Assembly (NCBI GenBank): GCA_028716565.1
Contig: JAQUPL010000002.1
Coordinates: 25,491-89,490 of the forward strand
Direction: 5' to 3'
Origin: Candidatus Omnitrophota bacterium
Lineage (GTDB): Bacteria > Omnitrophota > Gorgyraeia > Pluralincolimonadales > Pluralincolimonadaceae
DNA: 64,000 nucleotides
Shown: in pieces, positions 43,664 through 53,094 of the stretch
How positions within the stretch are numbered: the first letter of the stretch is position 1
Layout of the letters: every line of letters begins with the position of its first letter
Notes under the pieces: generated by a model
What the model was told of the DNA's origin: nothing
Database searches by the model: none
What the model saw: only the letters and a program-made list of their open reading frames with translations
Position numbers and translations under genes: made by a program

Positions 43664-43897
43664 CTCTTCTCCTTATTTATTAATTAAAAAATAGCAGTAG
43701 AAGTAGTAATCCCTGTTCGCTTGTGGACAACAACACAACGCTTTATGCCGCGGCGCATTAAAGGGTTTTTCCAGCCCTAAAGTTATGCACAGGTTGCGAG
43801 CGCAAAGCATCGTTCCGATAGAAACCACGGCATGCCGCATTAGTTATGCACAACCATCAACATGTTATCAACAACAAAACCAGAGCCGGCCAACAGG
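43664..43897. promoter_or_regulatory. Candidate oriC: AT-rich stretch plus a DnaA-box cluster between dnaA and dnaN
   Basis: AT-rich 43670-43710 (ttatttattaattaaaaaatag...). DnaA-box-like 9-mers, each with 1-2 mismatches to TTATCCACA, at 43722-43730 (TGTGGACAA), 43783-43791, 43844-43852, 43865-43873 and 43888-43896. Confidence 0.6.
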
Positions 43898-45259
43898 TTA
43901 TTCACCTTGTATTTGTGTCGCGAGCCTGCCGATCATCTCCTTTATTTTAGCGTCTTTTTTCATGTCCGACTCTATACTTTCGCACGCGTGCAAGATCGTG
44001 GTGTGGTCCCTGCCCCCGCATAATTCCCCTATTTCAGGCAGTGAATGGTCGGTCAGTTTCCTTATCAGATACATGGAGATCTGCCTGGGTAGAACCATCT
44101 GTTTTGTCCTGCGCCTGCCCTTTATATCCGACACCCGGACGTTAAAGTAACTTGCCACTTCCTCAAATATCGTATCCGCGAGTATCCGGGACTCCTTTTC
44201 TTTTACCATGTCCTTCAGGACAGAGCGGGCCAGCTCAAGCGTGATGCTCTGTTTAAGCAGGACTGCGTTCGCGACAACGCGCTTCAACGCGCCTTCAAGT
44301 TCGCGGATGTTGGACCTTATCTTTTCCCCTATGTAAAAAATCACGTCATCAGGGACCGCGATATTCTCTCTCTTTAATTTTTGCCGCAATATTGCTATCC
44401 TCGTTTCGAAATCGGGCTGGGAGATCGATACGATAAGGCCCCACTCAAACCTCGAGACCAGCCTCTCCTCGAGCCTGTCGATCTCCTTGGGCGGCTTATC
44501 GCTCGAGAGGACTATCTGCTTGTGCGCGTCGTGCAGGGTATTGAAAGTGTGGAAGAACTCTTCCTGCGTCGATTCCTTCCCGGCGATAAAATGGACGTCG
44601 TCTATCAAAAGGACATCCACCGTCCTGTATCTTGCCCTGAACCTGTCCGTGGACCGGTTCTGTATCGATTGTATAAGTTGGTTCGTGAATTGCTCGCTTG
44701 TTATGTAGACCACTTTCATGCCCGGGTTTTTCGCCGCGACGCAATGTCCGATGGCATTCATGAGATGCGTCTTCCCCATTCCGGCCTTCCCGTATATGAA
44801 GAGCGGATTGTAGGCCCTTGCCGGTGATTCGGCTACGGCCATTGCGGCGGCATGCGCCATCTTGTTGCTCGGTCCGATAACGAAATCATCGAAAGTGTAC
44901 GCCGGGTTAAGCCCGATATTATTATGGGCCTCCTGCTTTTTGGGTGTATCGGCGGATTTCGGGGCGGAGCTGGCTGCGGCCGGCAGGAAGGCATTCGGCT
45001 CTTTGGCGGAATAACGGAAATCCAACGCCAGGTTCTCGTCGGCGATATCCTTAAGGGTTGTCCTTATCAGGTCTAAGTGATGCTCAAGGAGCCAGTCCTT
45101 AAAGAAGCTGTTCGGGACCTCAAGGACAAGGGAACCTTTCGAGATCTCCAGCCCGTTTGTGGGCTTGAACCACGTCTCAAAAGTCTGAGGGTTTACCTTG
45201 GATTTTATGAGATCCTTCGCTTTTTCCCAGACCTCTATAGCACTCTTTATATTTTCCAT
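43898..45259 (-). CDS. dnaA: Chromosomal replication initiator DnaA
   Basis: 453 aa. AAA+ Walker A GKAGMGKTHL and the C-terminal DNA-binding helix-turn-helix. Confidence 0.97.
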   Translation of the reverse strand: MENIKSAIEVWEKAKDLIKSKVNPQTFETWFKPTNGLEISKGSLVLEVPNSFFKDWLLEHHLDLIRTTLKDIADENLALDFRYSAKEPNAFLPAAASSAPKSADTPKKQEAHNNIGLNPAYTFDDFVIGPSNKMAHAAAMAVAESPARAYNPLFIYGKAGMGKTHLMNAIGHCVAAKNPGMKVVYITSEQFTNQLIQSIQNRSTDRFRARYRTVDVLLIDDVHFIAGKESTQEEFFHTFNTLHDAHKQIVLSSDKPPKEIDRLEERLVSRFEWGLIVSISQPDFETRIAILRQKLKRENIAVPDDVIFYIGEKIRSNIRELEGALKRVVANAVLLKQSITLELARSVLKDMVKEKESRILADTIFEEVASYFNVRVSDIKGRRRTKQMVLPRQISMYLIRKLTDHSLPEIGELCGGRDHTTILHACESIESDMKKDAKIKEMIGRLATQIQGE

Positions 45260-45276
45260 AAAAAAGCCGTAAAAAG

Positions 45277-45296
45277 TTATTCACAATTTATTCACA
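45277..45296. promoter_or_regulatory. Two DnaA-box-like sites immediately upstream of dnaA (autoregulation / second origin module)
   Basis: TTATTCACA at 45277-45285 and 45288-45296, 18-37 nt 5' of the dnaA start codon. Confidence 0.45.
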
Positions 45297-45372
45297 GGCC
45301 GTAAATAAGGCAGGCCGCACCAAACCTTGTTAAATTATAACAAAGATACGGGCTTGTTGCAAGAACTTTTTC

Positions 45373-45400
45373 TTGACTAACTTGCCAATCGTGATATAAT
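45373..45400 (+). promoter_or_regulatory. Putative sigma70 promoter for rpmH-rnpA-yidD-yidC
   Basis: TTGACT at 45373-45378, 16-nt spacer, extended -10 TGATATAAT ending at 45400. RBS AAAGGAGAG before rpmH. Confidence 0.5.
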
Positions 45401-45428
45401 CTTCCTTTAACTTTAAAAGGAGAGAACG

Positions 45429-45566
45429 ATGAAGAAGAACATTACCTTAAAATCCAATTTAAAGAGGGTGCGTGCCCACGGGTTCAGGAAGAGAATGTCG
45501 ACCAAGGACGGCAGAGCGGTCTTAAGGAGAAGGCGCCAAAAAGGCAGAAAGCGCCTCATACCCTAA
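45429..45566 (+). CDS. rpmH: 50S ribosomal protein L34
   Basis: 45 aa: [45 protein letters not shown]. This is the canonical L34 pattern. It is not in the ORF track because it is under 60 aa. Confidence 0.9.
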   Translation: MKKNITLKSNLKRVRAHGFRKRMSTKDGRAVLRRRRQKGRKRLIP

Positions 45567-45581
45567 CCCTTCGGATCCCCC

Positions 45582-45938
45582 ATGAAGAGGTTCTCCCTTT
45601 CGCGTCCCGAAAGGATAACCAAGACATCAGATTTTAAGCAGGCCTTAAAAAGCGGCTCGTTCTATAACGGGAGAGCCTTAAAACTGAGCATTTCCCGGAA
45701 CGATCGCGGCGTCTCAAGGATAGGCGTTTCGCTCCGCAAGCATATATTCAAGCTGGCCGTTTCGCGCAACAAGCTGCGCCGCCATATCAAGGAAGCCTTC
45801 AGGCTCAATAAAGAAAAACTGGAGAAGGGCTACGATATCGTAGCTATCCCGGGAGCCGCGGCAGCCGGTCTGGGCTTCGAAGGATTGAGCGCGGAATTTT
45901 TGGCGTTGTTAAAGAAAGCGGGTATCTTAAGAGATTAA
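45582..45938 (+). CDS. rnpA: Ribonuclease P protein component
   Basis: 118 aa, basic. The RNR-like motif KLAVSRNKLRRHIKEAFR is conserved in RnpA. Confidence 0.9.
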   Translation: MKRFSLSRPERITKTSDFKQALKSGSFYNGRALKLSISRNDRGVSRIGVSLRKHIFKLAVSRNKLRRHIKEAFRLNKEKLEKGYDIVAIPGAAAAGLGFEGLSAEFLALLKKAGILRD

Positions 45939-46151
45939 ATGGTTAAAAAATGTTTGTTATTTTTAATAAAGTTCTATCGTAACTTCTTGTCAGGATATAA
46001 GTTACAATGTTGCAGGTACTACCCCTCCTGTTCGGAATACGCGGCTGAAGCGATAGAGAAGAAGGGAGTTTTTAAGGGGATCCTTCTCTCCTCTTTCAGA
46101 ATTCTAAAATGCAACCCATTCACTAAAGGCGGATACGATCCGGTAAAATAA
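45939..46151 (+). CDS. yidD: Membrane protein insertion efficiency factor YidD
   Basis: 70 aa. YQLQCCRYYPSCSEYAAEAI signature. Confidence 0.9.
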   Translation: MVKKCLLFLIKFYRNFLSGYKLQCCRYYPSCSEYAAEAIEKKGVFKGILLSSFRILKCNPFTKGGYDPVK

Positions 46152-46152
46152 T

Positions 46153-47790
46153 ATGAATATGGAAAAACGCGCGCTTCTGGCGATCGTAATATCGATGGGG
46201 ATACTGTTGTTGACTCAACCGCTCCTCGTAAAATATTTCCCCAAGCAGAACCAGCCGCAAAAGGCATCGGCAAATGTTCAACCCGCGCCGGAGCCGGCAG
46301 CGGTCCCGGTTCCCCCGGCACAAAAGACACAACAGCCGCCCCGGCCGGTCAAACAGGCCGATGAAAAAGATATTATCTTCGAGAATGATGAATATCGCGC
46401 CGTCCTTTCGAATGCCGGAGGCGTGGTAAAAAGTGTTACCCTGAAAAAACATCTCGAGGGCGGGAAGCCGATAGTCTTATTCGACGAGCTGAACCCGTCC
46501 GATGCCACTTTTGCGGTATCGGGGCTCGAGCCGGCCCTCGACAAGGCCGTATATTCTCCCTCGATCTTGCAAAACGGGGTCCTTTTTACCGCTAGATCGC
46601 CCGGCGGATTAAGCGTGGAGAAGGAGATAACCTTCAGGCCAGGTGAATACGCCATAGACCTGCGGCAGACGATCACGAACTATTCTACCCAATCCCGGAA
46701 CCTTAAGTATGCGATCGTGGCTGGATCAGGCCTGAGAAGCCTTTCCCCGCAGGACGAAACGTACTCAGAGCTTGTGAAGGAGATAGACGGTAAGATAACT
46801 AACGTAAGCAAGGGCTCTATAAAAAAGCCGGTTACATGGGATGGCATGCGGGTCAATTGGGTCTCGCAGAAAGCCAGGTATTTTTCTTTAATAACAAAAC
46901 CGCCGGTTTCTTTTAAAGCGGTTTCTTCTAACAAATTGCCGGACAATAGCTTACAAACGCAGATAGGTTCGGACAATTTTACGGTCACCCCGAATTCATC
47001 GGTTACCCATGAGTTTATCTTATACGCCGGACCCAACGTTTATAATAATATGAAGAGCCTAAAGCTAGGCATAGAGGATTCGGTTTATTTGGGTTTTACG
47101 GGCGGTATAGGGCGCGTATTATTTGTTATACTTGACCATATCCATAAGGTGGTCAAAAACTGGGGCATGTCTATAATATTCCTTACCGTTTTGATCAATA
47201 TCCTGCTTTTCCCCCTGACTTTCAAGGGGATAAAGTCGATGAAACAAATGCAGGCTCTCCAGCCGAAAATGGAAGCACTGAAAAAGGCGCATAAAGGGGA
47301 TCCCCAGAAACTCAACAGGGAAGTAATGGAGCTCTATAAGAAATATAAGATAAACCCGATGAGCGGTTGCCTGCCGTTGATCTTACAGATGCCGGTCTTC
47401 TTTGCCCTCTATCAGGTCCTTATGCGGTCGATAGAGTTACGCGGCGCCCCCTTCCTTTGGATAAAAGATCTCTCTCAGCCGGACAGGCTCGTCGTATTTA
47501 AAACTCCTATCTTATTGATAGGAACAGACTTAAATATTTTACCCTTATTGATGGCCATAGCTATGTTCTTCCAGCAGAAACTTTCTGCCCCGCCCTCCTC
47601 GTCTAATGACCAGATGGCCCAGCAGCAGAAGATGATGGCGGTCATGATGCCAATTATTTTTGGTTTTTTGTTTTATCATCTTCCTTCAGGCCTGGTAATG
47701 TACTGGCTCACCAATACCGTTTTGACGATTACCGAGCAGGAGCTCTTCCTTAAAAAGGAAATGTTCCACGTGGAACATTCCGAAAGTTAA
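46153..47790 (+). CDS. yidC: Membrane protein insertase YidC
   Basis: 545 aa. N-terminal TM, large periplasmic domain and the C-terminal 5-TM insertase core (PLLMAIAMFFQQKL). Confidence 0.95.
   Translation: MNMEKRALLAIVISMGILLLTQPLLVKYFPKQNQPQKASANVQPAPEPAAVPVPPAQKTQQPPRPVKQADEKDIIFENDEYRAVLSNAGGVVKSVTLKKHLEGGKPIVLFDELNPSDATFAVSGLEPALDKAVYSPSILQNGVLFTARSPGGLSVEKEITFRPGEYAIDLRQTITNYSTQSRNLKYAIVAGSGLRSLSPQDETYSELVKEIDGKITNVSKGSIKKPVTWDGMRVNWVSQKARYFSLITKPPVSFKAVSSNKLPDNSLQTQIGSDNFTVTPNSSVTHEFILYAGPNVYNNMKSLKLGIEDSVYLGFTGGIGRVLFVILDHIHKVVKNWGMSIIFLTVLINILLFPLTFKGIKSMKQMQALQPKMEALKKAHKGDPQKLNREVMELYKKYKINPMSGCLPLILQMPVFFALYQVLMRSIELRGAPFLWIKDLSQPDRLVVFKTPILLIGTDLNILPLLMAIAMFFQQKLSAPPSSSNDQMAQQQKMMAVMMPIIFGFLFYHLPSGLVMYWLTNTVLTITEQELFLKKEMFHVEHSES
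47762..47777. promoter_or_regulatory. parS-like centromere site 1 (perfect palindrome) inside the yidC 3' end
   Basis: TGTTCCACGTGGAACA. This differs from the Bacillus-type parS TGTTCCACGTGAAACA at one position, and the change makes it perfectly symmetric. It is embedded in an 18-bp palindrome ATGTTCCACGTGGAACAT at 47761-47778. Confidence 0.7.
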
Positions 47791-47797
47791 AGGGCAT

Positions 47798-48001
47798 ATG
47801 AAGTCTATTGAAGCCGAAGGAAAGACCACGAAAGAAGCTATTCACCTGGCGCTGCAGAAGCTTGGGGTTAGCCGCGACAAGGTCCACGTTAAGGTACTCT
47901 CCGAAGGCCACCGGGGCCTCTTTGGTATGGAAGGCCTGAAACTGGCCAAGGTCAAGGTAACCTTAAAAGAAGAAACCCACCAAACACACCACAAAGCTTG
48001 A
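47798..48001 (+). CDS. Stand-alone Jag_N domain protein (N-terminal fragment-like KhpB/Jag)
   Basis: 67 aa. [37 protein letters not shown] matches the Jag N-terminal domain. No KH or R3H domain follows before mnmG begins 17 nt later. Confidence 0.6.
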   Translation: MKSIEAEGKTTKEAIHLALQKLGVSRDKVHVKVLSEGHRGLFGMEGLKLAKVKVTLKEETHQTHHKA

Positions 48002-48017
48002 TCCGGAAGCACCCAAA

Positions 48018-49778
48018 ATGCCGGGAATACCTTATTCTAAGGACTATGATGTCATAGTGGTAGGCGGAGGCCATGCAGGCTGCGAAGCTGCCCTCTGCGC
48101 GGCCAGGATGGGCTTAAAATGCCTTCTATTGACCATGGACCCGGATACCATAGCCCAAATGTCCTGCAACCCCGCCATAGGCGGACTTGCCAAAGGCCAT
48201 ATCGTCCGGGAGATCGATGCGCTGGGCGGCGAGATGGCAAAAGTGGCTGATAAGACCGGTATCCAGTTCCGGCTTCTTAATACCAAAAAAGGCCCGGCTG
48301 TCCAGGCACCCCGTGCCCAGGCAGATAAAAAACTTTACCGGCTGACGATGAAAAAGGTCCTCGAAGGCCAGGACAATCTAGACTTAAAGCAAGAGACCGT
48401 TGAGGAGATAATTACCTCGAGCGGAAAAGCTGCAGGCGTCCTTTGCCAATCAGGTGTGCGGTATGGCGCCAAGGCAGTTATTATCACAACAGGCACATTC
48501 CTGAACGGACTGATACACATAGGGATGACAACCTTCCCTGCAGGCAGGATCGGGGAGCCTCCGGCTGCCAGGTTATCGGACTCATTACGTTCGTTAGGAT
48601 TTGAAATAAAAAGACTTAAGACAGGGACCCCCGCCAGGCTAAAGAAAGGGTCTATAGACTTCTCCAAAACAGAGATCCAGGATGGCGATCCGGAGCCGAC
48701 ACCCTTCTCATTTTCTACCGAAAGAATAGAGCAGCGGCAGGTCCCTTGCTATATTACTTATACAAACCACGAGACCCACAAGTTCATCCTAGGCAACCTT
48801 GACCGCTCACCGCTTTACAGCGGGAAGATCAAAGGAGTCGGCCCTCGCTACTGCCCGTCAATCGAAGACAAAGTCGTAAGATTTAAAGACAAAGAGCGCC
48901 ACCAGATATTCCTTGAGCCGGAGGGGCTGGATTCCGATGAGATATATCCTAACGGGGTTTCCACGAGCCTCCCCGAGGATGTCCAGTTATCTATGTTAAG
49001 GACCATCAAAGGGTTAGAGCATTGCGAAGTGGCCCATTTTGGCTACGCCATTGAATACGACTTCTGCCCTCCCACCCAGCTTAAACCTACGCTTGAGACA
49101 AAGCTTATAGATGGACTTTACTTTGCCGGACAGATCAATGGCACTTCCGGATACGAAGAAGCCGCCGGCCAGGGCCTTATTGCCGGGATCAACGCCGCGC
49201 AAAAAATTAAAGGCAAAGGGCCTTTTGTCCTGAAACGGTCGGAAGCTTACATAGGCGTATTAATTGATGACCTGGTGACGAAAGGCACAAACGAGCCATA
49301 CCGCATGTTTACCTCCCGCGCGGAATATAGACTTCTGCTGCGCCATGACAATGCCGACGTACGGCTTATGGGTTATGGTCATGAGTTAGGCCTTATACCG
49401 GAACCGCAATATAAGGCGCTGATCGAGAAAAAGAAGATGATCGAGGCCGGGGTGGTCGCCTTAAAGCGAAAGCGTCCCGGCGAGATATCTTCGTATCCCG
49501 CAGAGATCAGGAAACAGGCCGAGCTGGAGGTAAAATACGAAGGCTATATCAATAGGCAGGTCCGCGAGGCCGAAAAGTTCAAGAAACTCGAGCAGGTAAC
49601 GATCCCTTCGACGATAGATTTCAAGAGCATCAAAGGCCTGCGGAAAGAAGCCCAGGAAAAACTCGACAAGATAAATCCAGGGTCTGTCGGCCAGGCCTCA
49701 AGGATATCAGGAATTTCGCCGTGCGATATATCGCTTCTTTACGTCTATATAGAAGCCCTTCATAAAAGAAAATCTTGA
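48018..49778 (+). CDS. mnmG: tRNA uridine 5-carboxymethylaminomethyl modification enzyme MnmG (GidA)
   Basis: 586 aa. FAD motif [15 protein letters not shown] and the conserved GidA core. Confidence 0.95.
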   Translation: MPGIPYSKDYDVIVVGGGHAGCEAALCAARMGLKCLLLTMDPDTIAQMSCNPAIGGLAKGHIVREIDALGGEMAKVADKTGIQFRLLNTKKGPAVQAPRAQADKKLYRLTMKKVLEGQDNLDLKQETVEEIITSSGKAAGVLCQSGVRYGAKAVIITTGTFLNGLIHIGMTTFPAGRIGEPPAARLSDSLRSLGFEIKRLKTGTPARLKKGSIDFSKTEIQDGDPEPTPFSFSTERIEQRQVPCYITYTNHETHKFILGNLDRSPLYSGKIKGVGPRYCPSIEDKVVRFKDKERHQIFLEPEGLDSDEIYPNGVSTSLPEDVQLSMLRTIKGLEHCEVAHFGYAIEYDFCPPTQLKPTLETKLIDGLYFAGQINGTSGYEEAAGQGLIAGINAAQKIKGKGPFVLKRSEAYIGVLIDDLVTKGTNEPYRMFTSRAEYRLLLRHDNADVRLMGYGHELGLIPEPQYKALIEKKKMIEAGVVALKRKRPGEISSYPAEIRKQAELEVKYEGYINRQVREAEKFKKLEQVTIPSTIDFKSIKGLRKEAQEKLDKINPGSVGQASRISGISPCDISLLYVYIEALHKRKS

Positions 49779-49801
49779 CAAAAAATCCGGCTCTGTTAAA
49801 A

Positions 49802-49817
49802 TGTTCCACGTGGAACA
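49802..49817. promoter_or_regulatory. parS-like centromere site 2, abutting the parA start codon
   Basis: Identical 16-mer TGTTCCACGTGGAACA. It ends 1 nt before the parA ATG at 49818. Confidence 0.7.
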
Positions 49818-50651
49818 ATGGCAAAGATAATCTCTGTCTGCAATCAGAAGGGCGGCGTCGGTAAAACTACCACAGCCATAAACCTCGCCTCATTCATCGC
49901 GTTGGCAGGACGCAATGTTTTAGTCGTCGATTGTGATCCCCAGGCCAATGCCACCTCAGGACTCGGTATCGATAAAAAACAAGTCAAAGAATCCATTTAT
50001 GACGTCCTTATCAACGGAAAAGAAATTTCACAAGTAATTGTAAATACTAAACTTACAAACTTATATATCATCCCTTCGAATGTTCATCTTACGGGGATGG
50101 AGGTTGAGCTTGTCAATTCGGAAAGCCGCGAGTTCCATTTAAAACAAGCGCTTGAGCACATAAGGCCTTCATTCGATTATATAATCCTAGATGCTCCGCC
50201 TAGTCTTGGACTATTGACGATAAACGCGCTGACTGCATCAAAGTCCGCCCTGATACCGCTGCAATGTGAATACTATGCGCTCGAGGGGTTATCTCAATTG
50301 CTCAGCACCATCAATCTCGTCAGGCAGAACCTGAATCCGTCCCTCGAGATAGAGGGCATCCTTCTTACAATGGCTGACTTCAGGACAAAGCTTACCGACG
50401 AGGTCATAAAAGAAGCGAGGAACTACTTCGGCGAGAAGGTATATAAAACAATCATACCGCGTTCCGTGAAATTAGGGGAGGCGCCCGGCTTCGGGGTGCC
50501 TATCGTAATGTATGACAAGCATTCACAGGGCGCGCGCAGTTATTACGAATTCGCGAAGGAATTTTTAAAGATAGATTTTCCGCTCGAACTGAACACAAAG
50601 CCAGAAAAGGAGATCCCTGATGGAGAAGAGAGTATTAGGCAAGGGGCTTAA
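49818..50651 (+). CDS. parA: Chromosome partitioning ATPase ParA (Soj)
   Basis: 277 aa. Deviant Walker A KGGVGKTT. Confidence 0.95.
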   Translation: MAKIISVCNQKGGVGKTTTAINLASFIALAGRNVLVVDCDPQANATSGLGIDKKQVKESIYDVLINGKEISQVIVNTKLTNLYIIPSNVHLTGMEVELVNSESREFHLKQALEHIRPSFDYIILDAPPSLGLLTINALTASKSALIPLQCEYYALEGLSQLLSTINLVRQNLNPSLEIEGILLTMADFRTKLTDEVIKEARNYFGEKVYKTIIPRSVKLGEAPGFGVPIVMYDKHSQGARSYYEFAKEFLKIDFPLELNTKPEKEIPDGEESIRQGA

Positions 50652-51477
50652 AGCCTTAATCCCGGACGACGTCCCGCAGAGATCCGAAAGCAGGGGAGCG
50701 GTCCAGTTAAAGATCGGCGAGATCATCCCCGGCAGGTTCCAGCCGAGGGAGGTCTTCGACCCGGATAAGCTTAAAGAGCTGGCGCTCTCGATAAAAGAGA
50801 AGGGCGTAATACAGCCGGTCATCGTGCGCCCGAAAGGCGACGGATATGAATTGATCGCCGGAGAGAGGCGGTTGAGGGCCGCGAAAGAATCGGGGATGGA
50901 ACTTATCCCGGCGATAATAAAAGACGTGAAGGACGACGAGGCGCTCGAGATAGCACTTATTGAGAATATCCAGCGCGACAACCTGAACCCGATCGAGGAA
51001 GCGAAAGCGTACCAGAGGCTTTCCGAGGAGTTTTCTTTTACGCAAGAACAGATATCCGAGAAAGTGGGCAGGAACAGGGCGTCGGTCTCGAATACGCTGA
51101 GGCTCTTGAGGCTCCCGGACAAGATAAAAGAAGAGATATATCTCGGAAGGATCTCGATGGGCCACGCCAAGGCTATATTGATGCTCGATTCCGAACAATC
51201 GCAGTTGGAACTCTGCTTAAAGATAGTAAGGCGCGGCCTCTCGGTCAGGGAAGCGGAATATTTTGTCAAGCGTAAGATCGTCGGGAGAGCGCGTCCGGCG
51301 AGGCCGAGGAAGCATTCGACAGAAGTCCGCACGGTCGAGGAAGAGCTGCAGAGGATACTCGGGACAAAGGTGACCCTCCTGCATAATAACAAGCGCGGAA
51401 AGATCCTTATCGAGTATTATTCAAACGACGACCTGGAGAGGCTGCTGAACTTGCTCCGCGGGCGCGCCAGGTCATAG
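50620..51477 (+). CDS. parB: Chromosome partitioning protein ParB (Spo0J)
   Basis: 285 aa. ParB box GERRLRAA, HTH and C-terminal dimerisation domain. Confidence 0.95.
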   Translation: MEKRVLGKGLKALIPDDVPQRSESRGAVQLKIGEIIPGRFQPREVFDPDKLKELALSIKEKGVIQPVIVRPKGDGYELIAGERRLRAAKESGMELIPAIIKDVKDDEALEIALIENIQRDNLNPIEEAKAYQRLSEEFSFTQEQISEKVGRNRASVSNTLRLLRLPDKIKEEIYLGRISMGHAKAILMLDSEQSQLELCLKIVRRGLSVREAEYFVKRKIVGRARPARPRKHSTEVRTVEEELQRILGTKVTLLHNNKRGKILIEYYSNDDLERLLNLLRGRARS

Positions 51478-53021
51478 AGGATAACCAGGAAAGCGCCGCA
51501 TAATATTAAAAACACGGCCCAGGTCTTGACGACCGGTTTTACGGGCACAGATTTAAAAGTCCCGCCCCTCAGAAGTATCTTCGCTTTATCCGTCTCTGCT
51601 ATCAACCTGAATTTGTATTTATCCGAGGCTATCTTTAATGCGGCCATATCGTAATTCCCATCCATCTCCCTTAACCAAACAGCCGATTTCGACGAACCGA
51701 ATTCATTGATCGGGATATCAGGCCTTTTTATCTCGAAGAATGTCTGGGCCGCGTTCGGGCGTCCGGTCATCGCCGAGGCCATCGCCCCGATATAAGCCCA
51801 GTTGGAGCAGATTATATCGTCCGGGGCCGTATTCTTCTCTATGATCTTTATCCAGTCCTTTGCCTCCGCGTCGACCAGGTTTATCTCTAAGGGCCTTGTG
51901 TGTCTTTTTAACGGAGGGATAAGGTTGTCGGCCGTGGAGTCGGGCAAAAATACCGCAGATATATTCTTACCTAGTTCCGGATCCGGGTACGACGATATAG
52001 TAGGCGAGAAGATATTTATGAAGATCAGCAGGGAGGCCGAATAAAAGAGCGCCATGCGCGCCCCGGTGTTTTTCCCTGACAGGAACCTTTCCAGCATCCC
52101 GTAAATTTTTTCCAATCCCGCCCCCGCGAAGAAGATGACCGGCAGGAGGCCTTCCCCGCTTAAAAACCTGAACCTATAATTAATCGCAAGGGGCAGGAGA
52201 GCAAGCAATAGCGCGATAAGAAAAAGGCCGCGGGCCCTGAATTGCCTGTCCGCGAGCCTGCCGAGGCCCAGAACCGCGAATAAATATATGAGGGGATAAA
52301 ACTCGAGCAGGTCGTTTTCGGCGACTTTTATACCGAGCGGGTTTTCAAGCATGTTTATATTTGCCAGGACGTGTATTATCACCGGCGCAGACAGCGCCAG
52401 CGAGAAAAGGACGGTTTTCAGCACCCGCATCAGGACATCTCTTCTCGCCAGTCCGTAGATAATGAATGCCAGAAGGCCCAGCCAGGGCATGCCGAGGTGG
52501 GTGTAAAAAGCGCACGCGATAAGCATCGGGCAGGCCAACTTCCTGTTTTCCTCGAACGCATAGAACGCCAGCAGGATGAATATCAACGACAGGGTTACGG
52601 GTATAGTGATCGTTAATTTCAGGAAGAACGTAAAAGGGATTGCCGCGGCGACAGCTACGAAGAAACCTGTTTTCGGCGAAAAGAGCCTGTTGGTGACGAA
52701 GGAAAGCGTAGCCAGGAGGGACACGAATGACAATGCCGAGAAAAGCCTGGCTATGAAGAGTATGTCGAGCCCCAGCCTATACGGGACCAGCAATAAGAGG
52801 TGGAAGAGCGGAGGGTAGAGGTGTATATTGCCGGCAGGCGCTAACTCCCAAAAAGCATGGTTAACTATCCCGCCGGCCGTATCAAAACCCCGCATTACAT
52901 TGATATGATAGTATATATCGAGGAAGAACGGGAGCTTTTGCCAGTTAATAAGAGAAAGGGCCGCGAAGAACGCTATGACAGCAGATGTCAAGATGCCCCA
53001 TTTCGGCTTACCGGCGACCAT
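51417..53021 (-). CDS. Polytopic membrane protein, putative GT-C-type (polyprenyl-phosphate-sugar dependent) glycosyltransferase
   Basis: 534 aa. More than 10 predicted TM helices in the N-terminal two-thirds and a soluble C-terminal region of about 150 aa. This topology matches ArnT/PMT/DUF2079-like enzymes. No definitive motif found. The 3' end overlaps parB convergently by 61 nt. Confidence 0.55.
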   Translation of the reverse strand: MVAGKPKWGILTSAVIAFFAALSLINWQKLPFFLDIYYHINVMRGFDTAGGIVNHAFWELAPAGNIHLYPPLFHLLLLVPYRLGLDILFIARLFSALSFVSLLATLSFVTNRLFSPKTGFFVAVAAAIPFTFFLKLTITIPVTLSLIFILLAFYAFEENRKLACPMLIACAFYTHLGMPWLGLLAFIIYGLARRDVLMRVLKTVLFSLALSAPVIIHVLANINMLENPLGIKVAENDLLEFYPLIYLFAVLGLGRLADRQFRARGLFLIALLLALLPLAINYRFRFLSGEGLLPVIFFAGAGLEKIYGMLERFLSGKNTGARMALFYSASLLIFINIFSPTISSYPDPELGKNISAVFLPDSTADNLIPPLKRHTRPLEINLVDAEAKDWIKIIEKNTAPDDIICSNWAYIGAMASAMTGRPNAAQTFFEIKRPDIPINEFGSSKSAVWLREMDGNYDMAALKIASDKYKFRLIAETDKAKILLRGGTFKSVPVKPVVKTWAVFLILCGAFLVILYDLARPRSKFSSLSRSSFE

Positions 53022-53094
53022 TATGTATATACCCGCTTTCTCATAGCATTAAGTATACTCACCAAGCTCAAAATAGTGTATAATATTATACCAC

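Noticed and set aside
50565-51392. 275-aa minus-strand ORF covering parB
   Set aside because: It is antisense to the canonical ParB gene, with Ser/Cys-rich low-complexity content and no independent support.
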